DNA of 59,512 nt, filler included, from Circinaria calcarea (lineage: Eukaryota): NCBI GenBank assembly GCA_051942165.1. It is 7 parts of 7 records of this genome, joined end to end, with 100 filler letters (N's around TTAATTAATTAA, not from the genome) between each part and the next. Parts side by side here need not be neighbours in the genome. Positions count along the whole stretch, not along the records: positions 1 to 8,425 come from JAVECS010001116.1; positions 8,526 to 16,947 come from JAVECS010001117.1; 5 more parts are not named here. One strand, written 5' to 3'. The position numbers and the translations under genes are program-made. Position 1 is the stretch's first letter. Every line of letters begins with the position of its first letter. Below, piece after piece: positions 1-12,567 of this stretch. Below the pieces are notes generated by a model that was given only the letters and a program-made list of their open reading frames with translations, ran no database searches and was not told the DNA's origin.

Positions 1-3000
1 GGGTAGGTTTGATAGTCCGGTAAATTAGGCATGGGCGGTAACGTGGGGAGTTGTAAATTTGGCAGTGTCCAGTTCACGCTTTGTTGAAAGTGCTGGATCT
101 GAGCAGCAAGATGATCTCGCCAGGCATTCATGGCTGCGGCGGGTGACATCAAACCAGTCGCCTCGACCAGTTGTTCGGGTGCATGACTAATCACGATACT
201 TGGCTCCATTGTAACGCTAGTGCGTCTGGATTGAGACCAGGGCTGTGCCGGAGTCTCAACGCGTCTTGACCGGAGGTCGTCAAGATCGCTCTCATTAGAA
301 GAATCATCACTGAGGTCGGGTGGGGTATCGTCCGCATTGAACGTTTGTGTTTTAGGAGGAACCCATAAGGATTTGAGAGACACCGAGCTACTGGATCTAC
401 TCTGATTCGATATCGAATGGGCACCAGCACTTCTTGACCGTATGTGATGAGTGTCTTGTACAGCATCATAGACGCCTTGCGTAGTTGCCATATCTGCAGG
501 AGTGAAACCCCGTAAACTGCGGAGGAATGGATCACCCCTAGCTACCCGAAGTCTGCGGACGATTTGAAGATGTCCATTGAGAGCCGCCATGTGCATCGGA
601 GACATGCCGTTTTTGTCCCGTAGATCAGGATTCGCGCCCCTTGCTAGCAAACCGGCTACCAAGCGGTGAAATCCAAGCGATGCACCTAAATGCAGTATGC
701 TTTGTCCGTTCGCCCTTCTCATGTTCAATTGCGCTTGAAAGGGACTGTCATCAAGGTCGATAAGATCAAGACATCTTAGTAGACCGGCTTCTAAGTCCAG
801 CGGCCCAGCCAGACAAGCTTGGAGAGCCGACATCTGTCGCTGTTGATCATTCCCCTGAGGGAGATTGCCACCCCACGTACCAGGCCCGGTAGGATGATGA
901 TTGATGATCCTGCGAGCAATCTCACCGGCATCCTCGATCCTGCCAGTCATTTTCTGATGTACCAAAGCTAGCGCATGCCGTAAGATTTCCTGCTCGTCGT
1001 CATCGATATACTTGAAGTAAACCTGGTTCTTGGGGATGGGATACCGCTGTCCGTGCATTTGCTGCTGTTGATAATGGTGCTTAAATGTCACCGGAACGGC
1101 TCCCGCACGGAGGGCCGGGGGCAATAAGCACACTAGAGATGTTTCGCCCCAGTATGTTGTGGTTGTCGCAAGCGAGTCACCAAACATGACTTCGAGGCCT
1201 TGGCAAAACCCACTTCCGAGACAAGTAACTTCGATACCACCCGCCTTGGTTCCTTCGCTCGGAATCAACTTGTGAATGGTTGGACTTCTTGTGGGATTGG
1301 AGGAAACCGGCAATCCATACAGAGGATTTGTTGTAGGGTGCGCAGGACCTACTGGCATGGTGACTGCACTGTGGGGAGCGGACACTGGACTCGATGTACG
1401 GCTGGGACGAGTTGAATGAACCGGGGAGAACATTTGCTGTACAGCTGACATATTTTCTAGGCTTTGCGACCGATTTGCAGAGGAGAGGAGGCTCATGTCG
1501 TTACTAGTCGGGGTAGGAGGACCGGTACGAAGTTGCGATGGCCTGGAAATTGGGGGAAGACCATGGGCTCGCTCATGGGTACTGTTGTGTGTTGGGAAGT
1601 TTGGGGAAAACGGAGATGTAGCTGCAGAAGTAGCGCTTGGGGGAGCAGTCGTTGTCCAGCTTTGATTCGGCATCCCCGTGCTCTGTTGCGTCTGTAATCT
1701 CGTCATTGTAAGCCCGTCCGGTAGCTTTCCAAGGCCACTAGCTTTTCTCTTCTTATTCGGTCCTGTAGGAGCAGAGGGAGATGCTTGACGAGACAAGTTA
1801 TGGGGAGTTAGAGTTGTGGATGTGTTCTGTGACAATGTTTGCGGCACTGCAAACGGGCTTGCTGTATGTGGTCCAAAATACGGATTGAAGCTCTGCTGCA
1901 GCTTTTGAAGATCTGGTGTAGAATGCGCAGTTCGGAACGGAGCTGAACCGTAATTCTCAAGAGGTTCTCGTGTGAAGATGCCGCCACCTGGAACCTGGGC
2001 ATTTTCCACAAAGATTGTCCCTACCGGAGGCATAGCCGTCGGCGGTGCATGGGTCTTGTGGTCGTCCGTGATGATTATCGGATTTGTTATTGCCTGAGCT
2101 ACTAGTTTATCTTGACTATCCTTGATGGTAAAAATGACTCTGTCCTCTGATCAGCTTATGCCTTCGCTTTATGTCTGCCTCACACATACTGGAACCCAAG
2201 CTTCTCATTTTGATGCCGGCAGTAGCATGCAATCCGCATGGGCACATCGATTTGCATCGCACCTTCCGGAACGACTGGACCTTGCTCTTCGTAAGCCCCT
2301 GCCTGTGTTGAGTCCACTCCATTCAACCCCGCATTAGGTGCCACTGGTGTTTGCCAGTCTTTGACCTCTGTAGTATTGAAGACAATAATCCTCTTAGCCT
2401 CGTCCTTTTGCCATATTTCTTCCTCTTCCGGCTTCTTGGATTTTTTCCGCGCTGCACGCTTTCTCTCCCTGGTAATACAACCGGCGCAAATATTGACTTC
2501 GCCACCATTTAACGGTCTGTTTTCATCGTCCTCGGCCAAAGCATCGCCAGCTGACAAACGTCGACCCTCTTCCGCTTTTACCTCGATGATTGGTTGTGCC
2601 GCTCGGGCAAAAGCTCGTCGCATCTTAACAGGATCTTGCATAGCACTTGTACATACGAGCATGGTGTACAATTCGAGCATATCAGGAGACTTGGGAGGAG
2701 TAGGCTTTGCTAGTAGCTTGGGTTTAGATATCGTATGGGTTGGCAAATGTAGTTTGATAACGCCTTGAGGCATGGGATATAAAGTTAGCTTTATGGGTAT
2801 TTGTGTCTCCACCCGGGATTTATGAGGAGTTGGATGCACAGTCAGGCAGGGATGTAGCATAGTCCTTTGCCGAGACCCTCGCCGGGAATCGCCAGAGAAA
2901 CTTGGTGCTTCCAAAGCAGATACTGGGTAGTTAGTGGGAGGTATGACCCCTGGGTAGTTGTTATACATTGTTTGGTGGCCATATGGCCAAGTTGAGAGCT

Positions 3001-3873
3001 GCTCCATGCCGTTTAGTATAGTACCATCAATATATTCCTCATTGAAGCTAGACGGCGAAGACCTCGAATTCAGAAAAGCTGGCGCCTTGGCTCCCGATAC
3101 AATCGTATTAGCCATTGGTGAAATATCCTGAGATCTCTAGAGAGTTAGATACGTTAGTCTAAGAGCCAAAAGGTATCTACACTCTGGGCACATAACAGTT
3201 GGAAAACATCACTTACTTTGATAGACTGCTGGTTGGTGATCAGACTTGCAGATGACTGCGGCGACGCGCGGTATGGAATTGCAATATGTCGAGGTCCACT
3301 GTAGGCTGTAACATTCGAGTTCATGTTCGGGCTCGGACTACTGGCCGCACTATCGAAATCGAAATCATTCTCCATGGCACGGTTACTAAATTCGTAACTT
3401 ATGTGGCCGGGTATATTCGAATTGGAAAATCCAAAAGCCGGTCCGCTGTGATTTACCGCGTCGACTTTCCAGGTGTTTGGTCTTGGGTCATCGGTCATGG
3501 TGATGTCTTGCCCATTCAGTCCCGAATGAGAAGATCTCGAGGACGACTTGCGCTCATGTCGCCCGGAAGAGTCTGAAGAGGAGTCTTGCGAGGAACTCTC
3601 TGGTGACGCCGAGAACAGAGGGCTGTTGGCCGTTGGCTTTGATACCTCCGGCACATTTTGTATTTTGGTGGATACTGGCGATTGGTATGGGGAGTTGGCG
3701 AAGTTGGTTAGAGAGTCGTCTCTGAAGAACTGGCCCGGAGATTCTTGTGCCAGGGCTGAGTTGAAGAACTCGAGATCACCATCTTGCATCGACCCACCCA
3801 TTTCGGAGTCGAAGATGTGTGGAGAGTCATATCCGGGGAGAGATGAGGGGAAGGGATCGCTACTCGGATCCAT
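1..3873 (-). CDS. MGA2: SPT23/MGA2-like membrane-tethered transcription factor (IPT/TIG + ankyrin), multi-exon, 3' end outside window
   Basis: Conserved motifs KSRVETQIPIKL, CAGCITRERKRAARKK and MRIACYCRHQ. IPT domain PTIHKLIPSEGTKAGGIEVTCLGSGF at about 1100-1300. Ankyrin segment LLARGANPDLRDKNGMSPMHMAALNGH at about 570-720. Intron donor gtaagt at 3216. Confidence 0.9.
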
Positions 3874-5154
3874 GCTGAAGATGCCCAGTGGAGAGACTCA
3901 GGCAATGTGGAATGGTCGTTTTCGGCAGTTGAATGCGAGAATTGATTGATACAGAGATGCCAGCACACTTTACCAGCCAAATTGTCAAAGATGGCGAGTG
4001 AAGCACATAAGGAATCCGGGAGATGAGCAAGCTCGCCAATGCGACTTCTTGTGCTCAAGATGAGTCGAATCGAACACGACGCATCATGCAGGGTGGAGCA
4101 AACTATGTACAAGGCGGAGGAAGACGAGAAAAGGGAACAATGAGAAGCAAACGAGAGAGATTGGAGGTTTGGGTAGAGTAATCAAGTCGATCCCGACTTT
4201 CTCCCTCCTCCACACGGAACAAATCCTCTGCAGGCGGCAGAGCAAAACGAGAGGTGCACGAGGCCCAAAGCCGTTAGCCCGGCCAAGGCGCTGCATGTCA
4301 CACAAATCGGCCCTTCCCCACGTATCGCTAAGGTTAGAAGTGCCTAAATGGAAAATTCATCAGGTAATAAGATATATATTGGATCTGACTGCAGATTAAT
4401 CTGTATACGAGCTTGAATATAAGTCCTCCTCGTTGACCGTCTACTCCTCCAGCCGCAGCTCCGCTTCAGCAAGGACGGAACTTTTACCCTACTAGAGGAT
4501 ACAAAAGGAGAAGAGAGATGCTTATCTCCTTCGACGCCCATTGGAGGCTCACCAGCGGCAGTTCCAGCAGCTGCAGTAGTTTGCTCGACGTTGTACCTGA
4601 CAAAGGATCGCCGATGCTTATTCGAAGGTAGAGCGTCTACCCCGTCCTATGACATTTCCGGCCGAGCTTACGTCTATATGTCCATACTGCCTTAGTCTGC
4701 TCTTCCGCGGTGCTCCCATCTCTTTGCGTGGTGACAGATGCGGGTGGTCGTGCCTTAGCCCTATCAGTCGCTTCCGAATGAACGCCTCAACGCGCCGAGC
4801 AACCCTACACCCACTCCTCCTTCTGCATCACCCCCGCCCACGTCCTTCTAATCTCCCGTCCGATGTCCGCGAATGCGAAAGCTTGAATAAGGTAGATGTC
4901 GCCATCTGTCGATTTGCTCTTGCATGGATCGTCAAAGGTCCTGTTCTCAAGTACCCGGTTGCTGATGCTTAGGCGAGCATCTTTTATTTCAAGAATATGG
5001 TTTGTCGGCCAGTCGCTCACTCCCTTGCCAGTTTTTAGCTGTCTTACTACAAATCTTGCAAATTCGTACCGTACAATTGACGAACATGGATTATTTCATT
5101 CCCGCTACGGAGCACCTCCTACACTACAGCTATGGAACTATGGCTCCCTCGATC

Positions 5155-6197
5155 TCAAGGCACTCCATTGCCCTCTCTAGTTGCCTTGGCCAATTCACTT
5201 TGGGCCGTGTTATCCGCGCTGTCGGTCGAGATCAGTATCAAGTCATCACCGGGTGACTGCAGCGCAACCACTCACTATCTTTGATAGATGGACAGGTACT
5301 TCTCCCTCTCACTTGTTGTTTCTTTGATACTCGGTCTTTCTTCTATTGCAGCCAACCACTTCCTCCATCTCGACCAACTCTTCTCATGCTCTCCGCCTTT
5401 CCCTTCCGCAGGCGCTCCAAGGCCTCCGTGACTGCTCTTGAAATGGTCAAACACCCAGAGACGGATAGCCCACGGAGCCATCACAAAGTCAACCAGAGAC
5501 GGCTCTTTACCGAAGAAGAACGGACCGTTATCTTCCATAGCCTCCGCGAACTGTCTCAGGTTATCAAGGAAATCTGCGCGAAGCTCTTCAATTGGTTTGG
5601 ACGATTGCCCAGGTTGGAATTGCAGGAAGCGATGGAAGCTGGGGATGACTCTTGAGGTTACGAAATCTGCCCAGATTCGACCTAGCGCCCGTTGATAGGG
5701 ATCCGAAGGTAACAACCTCAACCCATGATCCGGATAAGCGTCTTCCAGGAATTCGCCGACGACGATGCTCTCGTATAGCGGCTTATTGTCATACTGTAGA
5801 GTTGGTACTAGCCGATAAGAAAGTTAGCCGAAATATGCCAAGGGTGATTGTAATTGACCAACCCACGTGGATTCAACTTCATTAGACCCTCAGGTTTGTG
5901 GTAGGGGTTGACTTCTATGTACTGATATGGAATGCCTTTTTCTTCAAGGACCGTCCATGTTCGTTGGACTGATTAGCACTATTAGCATGGGAATGGGCGA
6001 AAGCGTTTGACACCATACCGAAGCTGTAGACAAGTATCAGTATCCAATGAAAAGTCCTGGGGGATGTAGGACACAATTACCTACGGGCAGAACCATCCAG
6101 CGTACAGCTTCAAGGGTTGTTCAGCCGTGTGCTTGTCTGCAGTGGCCTTGGCTAAGCCCGTCGCATGGGGAAAGAGGTTGGAGTCAGGGTGAGCCAT
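5155..6197 (-). CDS. Glutathione S-transferase family protein (multi-exon)
   Basis: Spliced reading gives MAHPDSNLFPHATG..LKLYAGWFCP..LEEKGIPYQYIEVNPY..KPLYES, then C-terminal LLPSDPYQRA..PFFFGKEPSLVDFVMAPW, ending NTAQSELAKATREGNGVP*. Confidence 0.9.
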
Positions 6198-6417
6198 TGT
6201 TTGATGTACAAGGAGCTTCGCGGTGGAGATTGATTGAAACTACCACATATCATGAAGTAAATATCCAAGTAATGATGTTACAGTACCTGATTGTGTACAA
6301 GTCCAAACACCCGTCTTTTGATTATGATACTCTGGTGATGATGCTCTCCCCCTCATTGACGCAATCCGACCCCGCGAACCCAACCCTTCCTGTAAACACT
6401 ACCGGTAAATAGCAGAG
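6198..6417. promoter_or_regulatory. Probable short bidirectional promoter between GST and TAD3
   Basis: Two divergent start codons lie about 220 bp apart. No specific site was identified. Confidence 0.45.
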
Positions 6418-7795
6418 ATGATGAGTACACCAAAGACAGCTCATCGTGATCTCGACCACAGCCAAGAAAGCATCGGAAGAAGCGAGCCCCGCAGCAAAGG
6501 ACATTTAGTCCCTTTACGCACAAAAGCAGAAGTATCTGCCAAATTAACTCTTGCAGATGCTTACGTGGTCGACATCCCTCTCCAATCAGCCAATGGAGTC
6601 GTCAAGTGCGTACGGTATTGCCAATGTCTGGAGCGGATATTGATCGGTATCCAGAGCGGCCGACTCAGCTATTCCTCAGTTGCATACCGTGAATCTGCAG
6701 CATCTCCGTCGGTTTGTAAAACCCGAGTTCTTGCCGGTTCATCTACGGGCGTCTTTTGCTTCTTCGGGCGGGGGCCTACAAACAGAGGATGAACAATCGA
6801 TAGGGTCAGGTGATGCAGATACGACTGTGGACTGGGTTCATGAAGCGGGAAAAGCAATTGGCTCCAAAGTCCGAGAAAGGTCGCAGCCTCAAATTCTATA
6901 TTTCCTAATCTGTGCAGCGTCCACATCTACCCAGGAAGTTGTATCTACCATCCTCTCTTCAACAGCCCCATTCTCCACAACCTCCAGACCTCACATCCGA
7001 ACGATACCTATTCCGTTATACCCGCCGACCTCAGAAGAACAGGCTCAGCAATGGAGTCACGACTACTGGCCTACCGTGTACAAAAAGCATAATCCCAATG
7101 GTCCACACCCCAGTATCGTTTCGAGAGCCGAGGAGAGCATTAGACGTTCTGTGGGGAAATGGATGACACTGGCAAGACAAGCAGGCTTCGAAGTCGCGAA
7201 CAACACAATCGGAGAATCCATAGGTGTGGTTGTTGTGGATCCAAGTGTTACTGAGGGTCCAGTTGCTGTCGTAGCTGCAGGTGATGCGCGCTGGCACGAT
7301 GACTCTACGGGCTTGAGAAAAGGGAATGGAAATGTAATGGCTCACGCCGTTATGCGAGCCATCGGCCTAGTAGCCAGAAAACGCCGTCTCCTCCTTCAAC
7401 CCTTTAACCAACCATCCCATCTCCCAGAGTCTGACTCCGGTCCCAACTCCAAAACCTTCCTCGACTACCCACTTACCCCACTTGAGACCACTACAATCTT
7501 CCGCCCTTCTCTCAAAGCAGGCGGATACCTCTGCACCGGACTGGAAATCTACAGCACCCACGAGCCGTGCGTCATGTGCTCGATGGCGATTCTGCATTCC
7601 CGGTTCGATAAAGTGGTATTTGGGAAGCGGATGCCGAGAACCGGAGGGTTAAATGCCGAAACGGAGGGATTGGGCTATGGGCTTTTTTGGTTAGAGGGGC
7701 TGAATTGGAAGTTGTTGGCTTGGGAGTGGGTTGATGAGGAGGAGGATGAGGATGAAGGAATGGGGTTGATGGTTAGAAAGGAGATACATGTCTGA
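6418..7795 (+). CDS. TAD3: tRNA-specific adenosine-34 deaminase subunit Tad3 (ADAT3-like)
   Basis: LQHLRRF, WSHDYWP, HAVMRAI (Val in place of the catalytic Glu, typical of Tad3), GGYLCTGLEIYSTHEPCVMCSMAILHSRF and LNWK. One intron near 6607-6655. Confidence 0.9.
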
Positions 7796-8425
7796 GATTA
7801 ACACATATAAAAGCACATAAACCCTCCCTAAGATAAATAAACTCCCATCCTACATATACCCTTACCCTCACCTAATCACCTAACCATAAACGTCAAACCC
7901 CCTCCTCCCCCCAACACGCTTCCCATTTTCGCCCTATCATCAAAGTCCATATACCCTCTTCCTGCCCCTTCTCCTAAAAACCCCCCACACGAATAAAGTA
8001 TAACAAACGAAGAACCCATCCACCCATCTAAACCCAAACCGAAAGTCCGGGGAACCGGCAACTGCGTACCAAGTTGCCAAGGAAAGACGGAAAGATGCAG
8101 GAACAGGAGAATGGAGAATGGAGATTTGAAGTGTTGGGGGGCTTGAAGTGAGAGAGGAGGGGGGATGGAATACGGTACGGATAGGATACCATAGGAGTAG
8201 TGGTAAGTGGTATGTACACGCTACTTTGATACTGAATCCACCCACTGAACTGGAACTTAAGAAGGGGGAGGGGGGTTCAACAGGAAGGAGTTACGACGCG
8301 AGGACACGATAGAATAGAGAGCTAGTCGAGGGGAATTTTTCTCTGAGGGAGAATTGAGGAAGAGGAAGAGGAAGATGGTAGGAGTGTAGGCGGGTTTTTT
8401 TGGGGGGCGGGGGAGGGGTTGACTG

Positions 8426-8525
8426 NNNNNNNNNNNNNNNNNNNNNNNNNNNNNNNNNNNNNNNNNNNNTTAATTAATTAANNNNNNNNNNNNNNNNNNN
8501 NNNNNNNNNNNNNNNNNNNNNNNNN
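8426..8525. other. Assembly linker (N-run with TTAATTAATTAA six-frame stop spacer)
   Basis: 100-nt artificial spacer. The same spacer occurs at 16948-17047, 25467-25566, 33984-34083, 42498-42597 and 51011-51110. Confidence 0.98.
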
Positions 8526-9731
8526 CTACCACAATCGCAGAAATGCCGACTGTGACTATAGTAATTGCGATAATACCATTACCCCATGTTCCTTCGCCTC
8601 CCGAGCTCAGATTGGACGAGCTCATGACTTGGAAAAGCACTTTGAAAGGAGATAGTCTGAGGCTTATACAAGAAGGTGATGAGTATATCTTGATGGAGCG
8701 GCTTCAATGGCTTCCACACTATTGTGAAACTTCAGGTATGAGGCTGGATCACTCCGATAAGGTATATAATATATATACAGAATAAAGTCATGGTTTAGAT
8801 TCATGTCCTTTCGTCGAGCTTATGTCTTCGATACACCTCTGGAGTGAAATTACTGCCTCGGACTTTCCATGGCACAGCTCGTCGAGCTGAACATGGTGGG
8901 TGTCATCGTAAACCAAAGGGAAGAAGATCGCCCGCAAGATTACCATGCCGTGGTCAATAACGGCACAGATAGCTAGAGTGAACAGTTGGACCGAGGAAGT
9001 AGGTGTAGCTCTATGCATTGCGGGACGATTCTCAATTAACAATAGGTTTTCTTGCGAGGCCTGACACAGGACTCTAGTATGTCTGAAGTCATATGTGCCC
9101 CGCTCTGCCGCTTTGACTGAAATTTTTTGCTTCGTACCGTCATTGAATGCGGCATAGCGGTAGGCTTATCACTAGGTTTCAGGCTATGATAGAGTCTAGA
9201 TCCGTGTGGAGTTTAACTTAATCTTATTAGCGCCATGTCGGATAGGCCTATGCAGGCGAGTTTTCCAGAGCAACGGCGCTCGTGTTTCAGTCGGCGTGTG
9301 GCGAGGTACTGAATTGTCTATAATTTTATGATATCACTGCTGATATACCTGCGTCAACCAAACGAAATCACGCCTTAAAGCTACGGATACATGCATGATG
9401 ATCGCATACGCCTTATACATGCTATCCATAGCGGGTCGATTCTGATCGGCTTTTCCAAAATTGGCTAAATGACCACTCAGGAGCTAATGCCGCATGAGAG
9501 GTGCTGATTTCCTCGGATCGTAATATAGTATCCGATATGACGTAGATTTTCTAAGCTTTATACAATACATAGCACCCCCATATGGAGTATATTTTCTATA
9601 CGAAGGTGCATACGAATCCTAAGGGATAGCACCACTGCTCCTATAAGAAGGTAGTTACTTTGTGTTATATTCTCAACTTAAAGAACCTACCTTACACGAA
9701 TATTAACCGCTCTATTTTTCCTCTACTCGAA

Positions 9732-11100
9732 ATGTCATCTCAAGCTACTTTTCTTGAGATGCTCCAATCTAAATCGATAATAGATTGCGATACTTTGGAT
9801 GTTGAAAGTAACGAGATACGTATCGTATTCTAGTGGTTTTATTGCTGATGCAATTCTTAGCTGCCGAAAAGTTCGGACCCTTCGAAGACTGCACCTCAAA
9901 CCAGGTAGAATTGCATGGCATGTCTTTTAGGTACGTAGAGCTATCCTGACTAGTATAATATAGGTTATAGCATACTCCGCGCTCCAGGAAAAACAACATG
10001 ACCGTCTTCTTGAAGAATCCGCAAGACTCGCAAAAGCCTGGCTGGATAACTTTAACAATGTTTCAGTGGAGCAGCTTGCAGTAGATATATCTGTGAGTAA
10101 GATCCTCCACTTTAGTCAATCTGCGTGTTAAATAGCTATAGTTGGTCAAGCTATCTATACGTATGGTCCCTCATATACGGGGGTATATACATGTACAGAT
10201 CAACCCATTTCATTCGTACTCAACGCTCAAAGCAATCGAGAATGCCCAGCGTAGGTGCTTCCTTTCATCTCACGATATTGAATATATAGCTTAAATTCGG
10301 CAACAGGTATAGTAGATTTGGTCAGGCATGTAAGCCCCGACTTTGATACTTCGCATATTTGCATCAAGATCCCGAGTACATGGGAAGGATTGCAAGCCTG
10401 TCGTGTACTCGAAGCATCCGGGATCAGAACACTCGCAACCACTATTTTCACACTAGAACAAGCGGCTCTAGCTGCCGAGGTTGGCTGTCTCTATGTTGCC
10501 CCGTATGTCAACGAAATCAAGGTATTCGTTGATGATGAGTAAGTCGACTATCTAATTTAACTCATTTCAAAGTCGGTCTTCCTAAAATAATACAGTTTCC
10601 ACGATGATAATCCTCAACCCGATCTTTGCGTCTTAATCCAGCGTTATTACCAGCAATTTTCCCTTCCTACGAAAGTCCTGGCAGCAACCCTAACAACACG
10701 AGCTGAAGTTATGGCGGTTTCGGGGGTCCATCATATGACCATAGCTCCCCCGCTTCTTCAAGAACTCTCTCAGACAAAAGCTTCTGAATCTTATACTGAG
10801 AAGCCATCTCTTTTCGAGGAAGACGTAGCTTCATCCGGGAATAGGATTCCTTCCCTTATGAACTTCTTGGATGATGAAGCTGGCTTTCGTCTTGCGCTGT
10901 CCCGCAATAGCAATGGCGTAAATGAGGGCAAGTTGATTCAGGTCCGTCTACTCTATACACTCTATCCAAACATCTCTCAGCCCTTGAAGTCAGAATACAA
11001 GCTAATACAAACCCGGGCCATACAGGCAATAAATGTCTTTTGCGATATGCAGCAGAACTTGGAAAGCATGGCGAAGGAGCGAATGCTTTCAATCCAGTAA
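9732..11100 (+). CDS. Transaldolase-family protein (divergent fungal paralogue), multi-exon
   Basis: MSSQATFLEMLQSKSIIDCDTLD.., CTSNQ, the Schiff-base Lys motif ICIKIPSTWEGLQAC, GIRTLATTIF, YVAPYVNE and HHMTIAPPLL. Several GT-AG introns. Confidence 0.88.
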
Positions 11101-11452
11101 TTAGCCGTATTATAGCTCGCAAGTGCCTGCTGAGCTCTGTCCATCGAGAACTAAACTGACAGAATTCAATCATGCAAACTGGACCCGACTACTTGACGTG
11201 TTCCTCTGGCAGAGGTAAAGGTACACGCCTGAAAAATGGCGTTTTTTGACTTAAGTGGCATTTCAGGGTTCCCGGTTCTTCTATTAAGAGACCCGAATAT
11301 TCCAGAGGCTTGGGAAACGATATTTAAAAGAAGCCCCATAGCACTTTTTCCCTTAACATCTACCCCACGCTTTCTACCCCGCTAAGGACTCACTTACAGC
11401 GAAAGCACCCAAGAGCCTTAGCTTTATTATCATTATAAGGACAAGTCCTTTC

Positions 11453-11572
11453 ACATACGACCACAGACTCAAGGAACCTGGGCATCCTGTCCGCTCTGCC
11501 GTACAACAGCTTGAGATCGGCTCAATTAGTAGTTGGGTGGGTGATCACCAGCGAAAACCGGCTGTTCTATGT
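11453..11572 (+). rRNA. Dispersed 5S rRNA gene, divergent type
   Basis: 120 nt starting ACATACGACC, containing GTCCGCTC and TTAGTAGTTGGGTGGGTGA.CACCAGCGAA, ending TATGT before a T-run (Pol III terminator). AT-rich TATA-like stretch upstream. Confidence 0.88.
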
Positions 11573-12567
11573 TTTATATTTTGGTGTCTGGTGGTGGAGA
11601 GGGAAAAGGAAAAAGGGGGCTAAGGGGATATCTGGTTGTTTTCTTTTTGAGGGAACGCGGCCTTAAGTTTTCGCAATAGGTTTTAAAGCTAGCCGGTTAT
11701 TGGACAAAATTTTGCGGGCATGCATAGAATGCAAGTTATTTCCATATATACATACTCGCTTCTTATGTTACAGGAAGCAAACGGCTCAATGCCTAATCGG
11801 CTCTACAGCGTGTACGTTTCAACATTTCCTACAAGCCCACAGCAAAACCCTAGTCTACACTGGGAAGCTGCGAGATAGCTCAATTGGGAATTTGATAAGC
11901 CTGGAACTTCCGAAAACATGAGTTTACCCCCTTTTGTTTCGTCAGGAAACTCATCTCGATCGATGATAAATTCAAACGCGTTATTTTCCCAAGAATCAAA
12001 AAGAGACCGGAAGAAAGAGTGTTCCTCAGGCGTCAGGATATATTCCAGCAAGCCATAAAATACCACAGATCTTCATCTAGGAGACCACAATACCTAACTT
12101 GAATGACTCAGACGAATGTCGCCATCCAGCCCGCGGAAAAACAGCGAAAGCATAGCCGAGAGCACGAATACCAGTTCCTCTTCAACCCCTGGGGAGCAAA
12201 AGCATGGCCAGGTTCAATCAAATGGCTTCCACCAGGAAGAATCTAAGAGTGAGCTGGAAAGACCTTAGTCGTGTGAATAACCAGGTTAAGTTTATCAACG
12301 CAATCTATCGCTGGGGAGGTCTCACAGTCCAGGGATCTGGAGTTAAAGGAGACCTCAAACGTTGTTTCGAAGACGATCCGGCTGGCTGCATCTTTTAAGA
12401 GACGGAATCGATGGATCATTATCGGGAAAGCCTTCTAGCCAATGTTACGCAAAATCGAAAAGTGTATTGAGGACGGGTATTTGGACTTTGGTAAAAGCCC
12501 GGAGCAAACTTTTTCTATCGAAAGGATGGTCGTTTGTTTCATCATATGCTACGCAGATGCTCCGGTA

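Noticed and set aside
7800..8425. Purine/pyrimidine-skewed stretch as a structured element
   Set aside because: Low-complexity sequence at a contig end with no defined repeat unit.
8470..8481. Regularly spaced TTAATTAATTAA motif every 8.5 kb or so
   Set aside because: Artificial six-frame stop linker inside N-runs.
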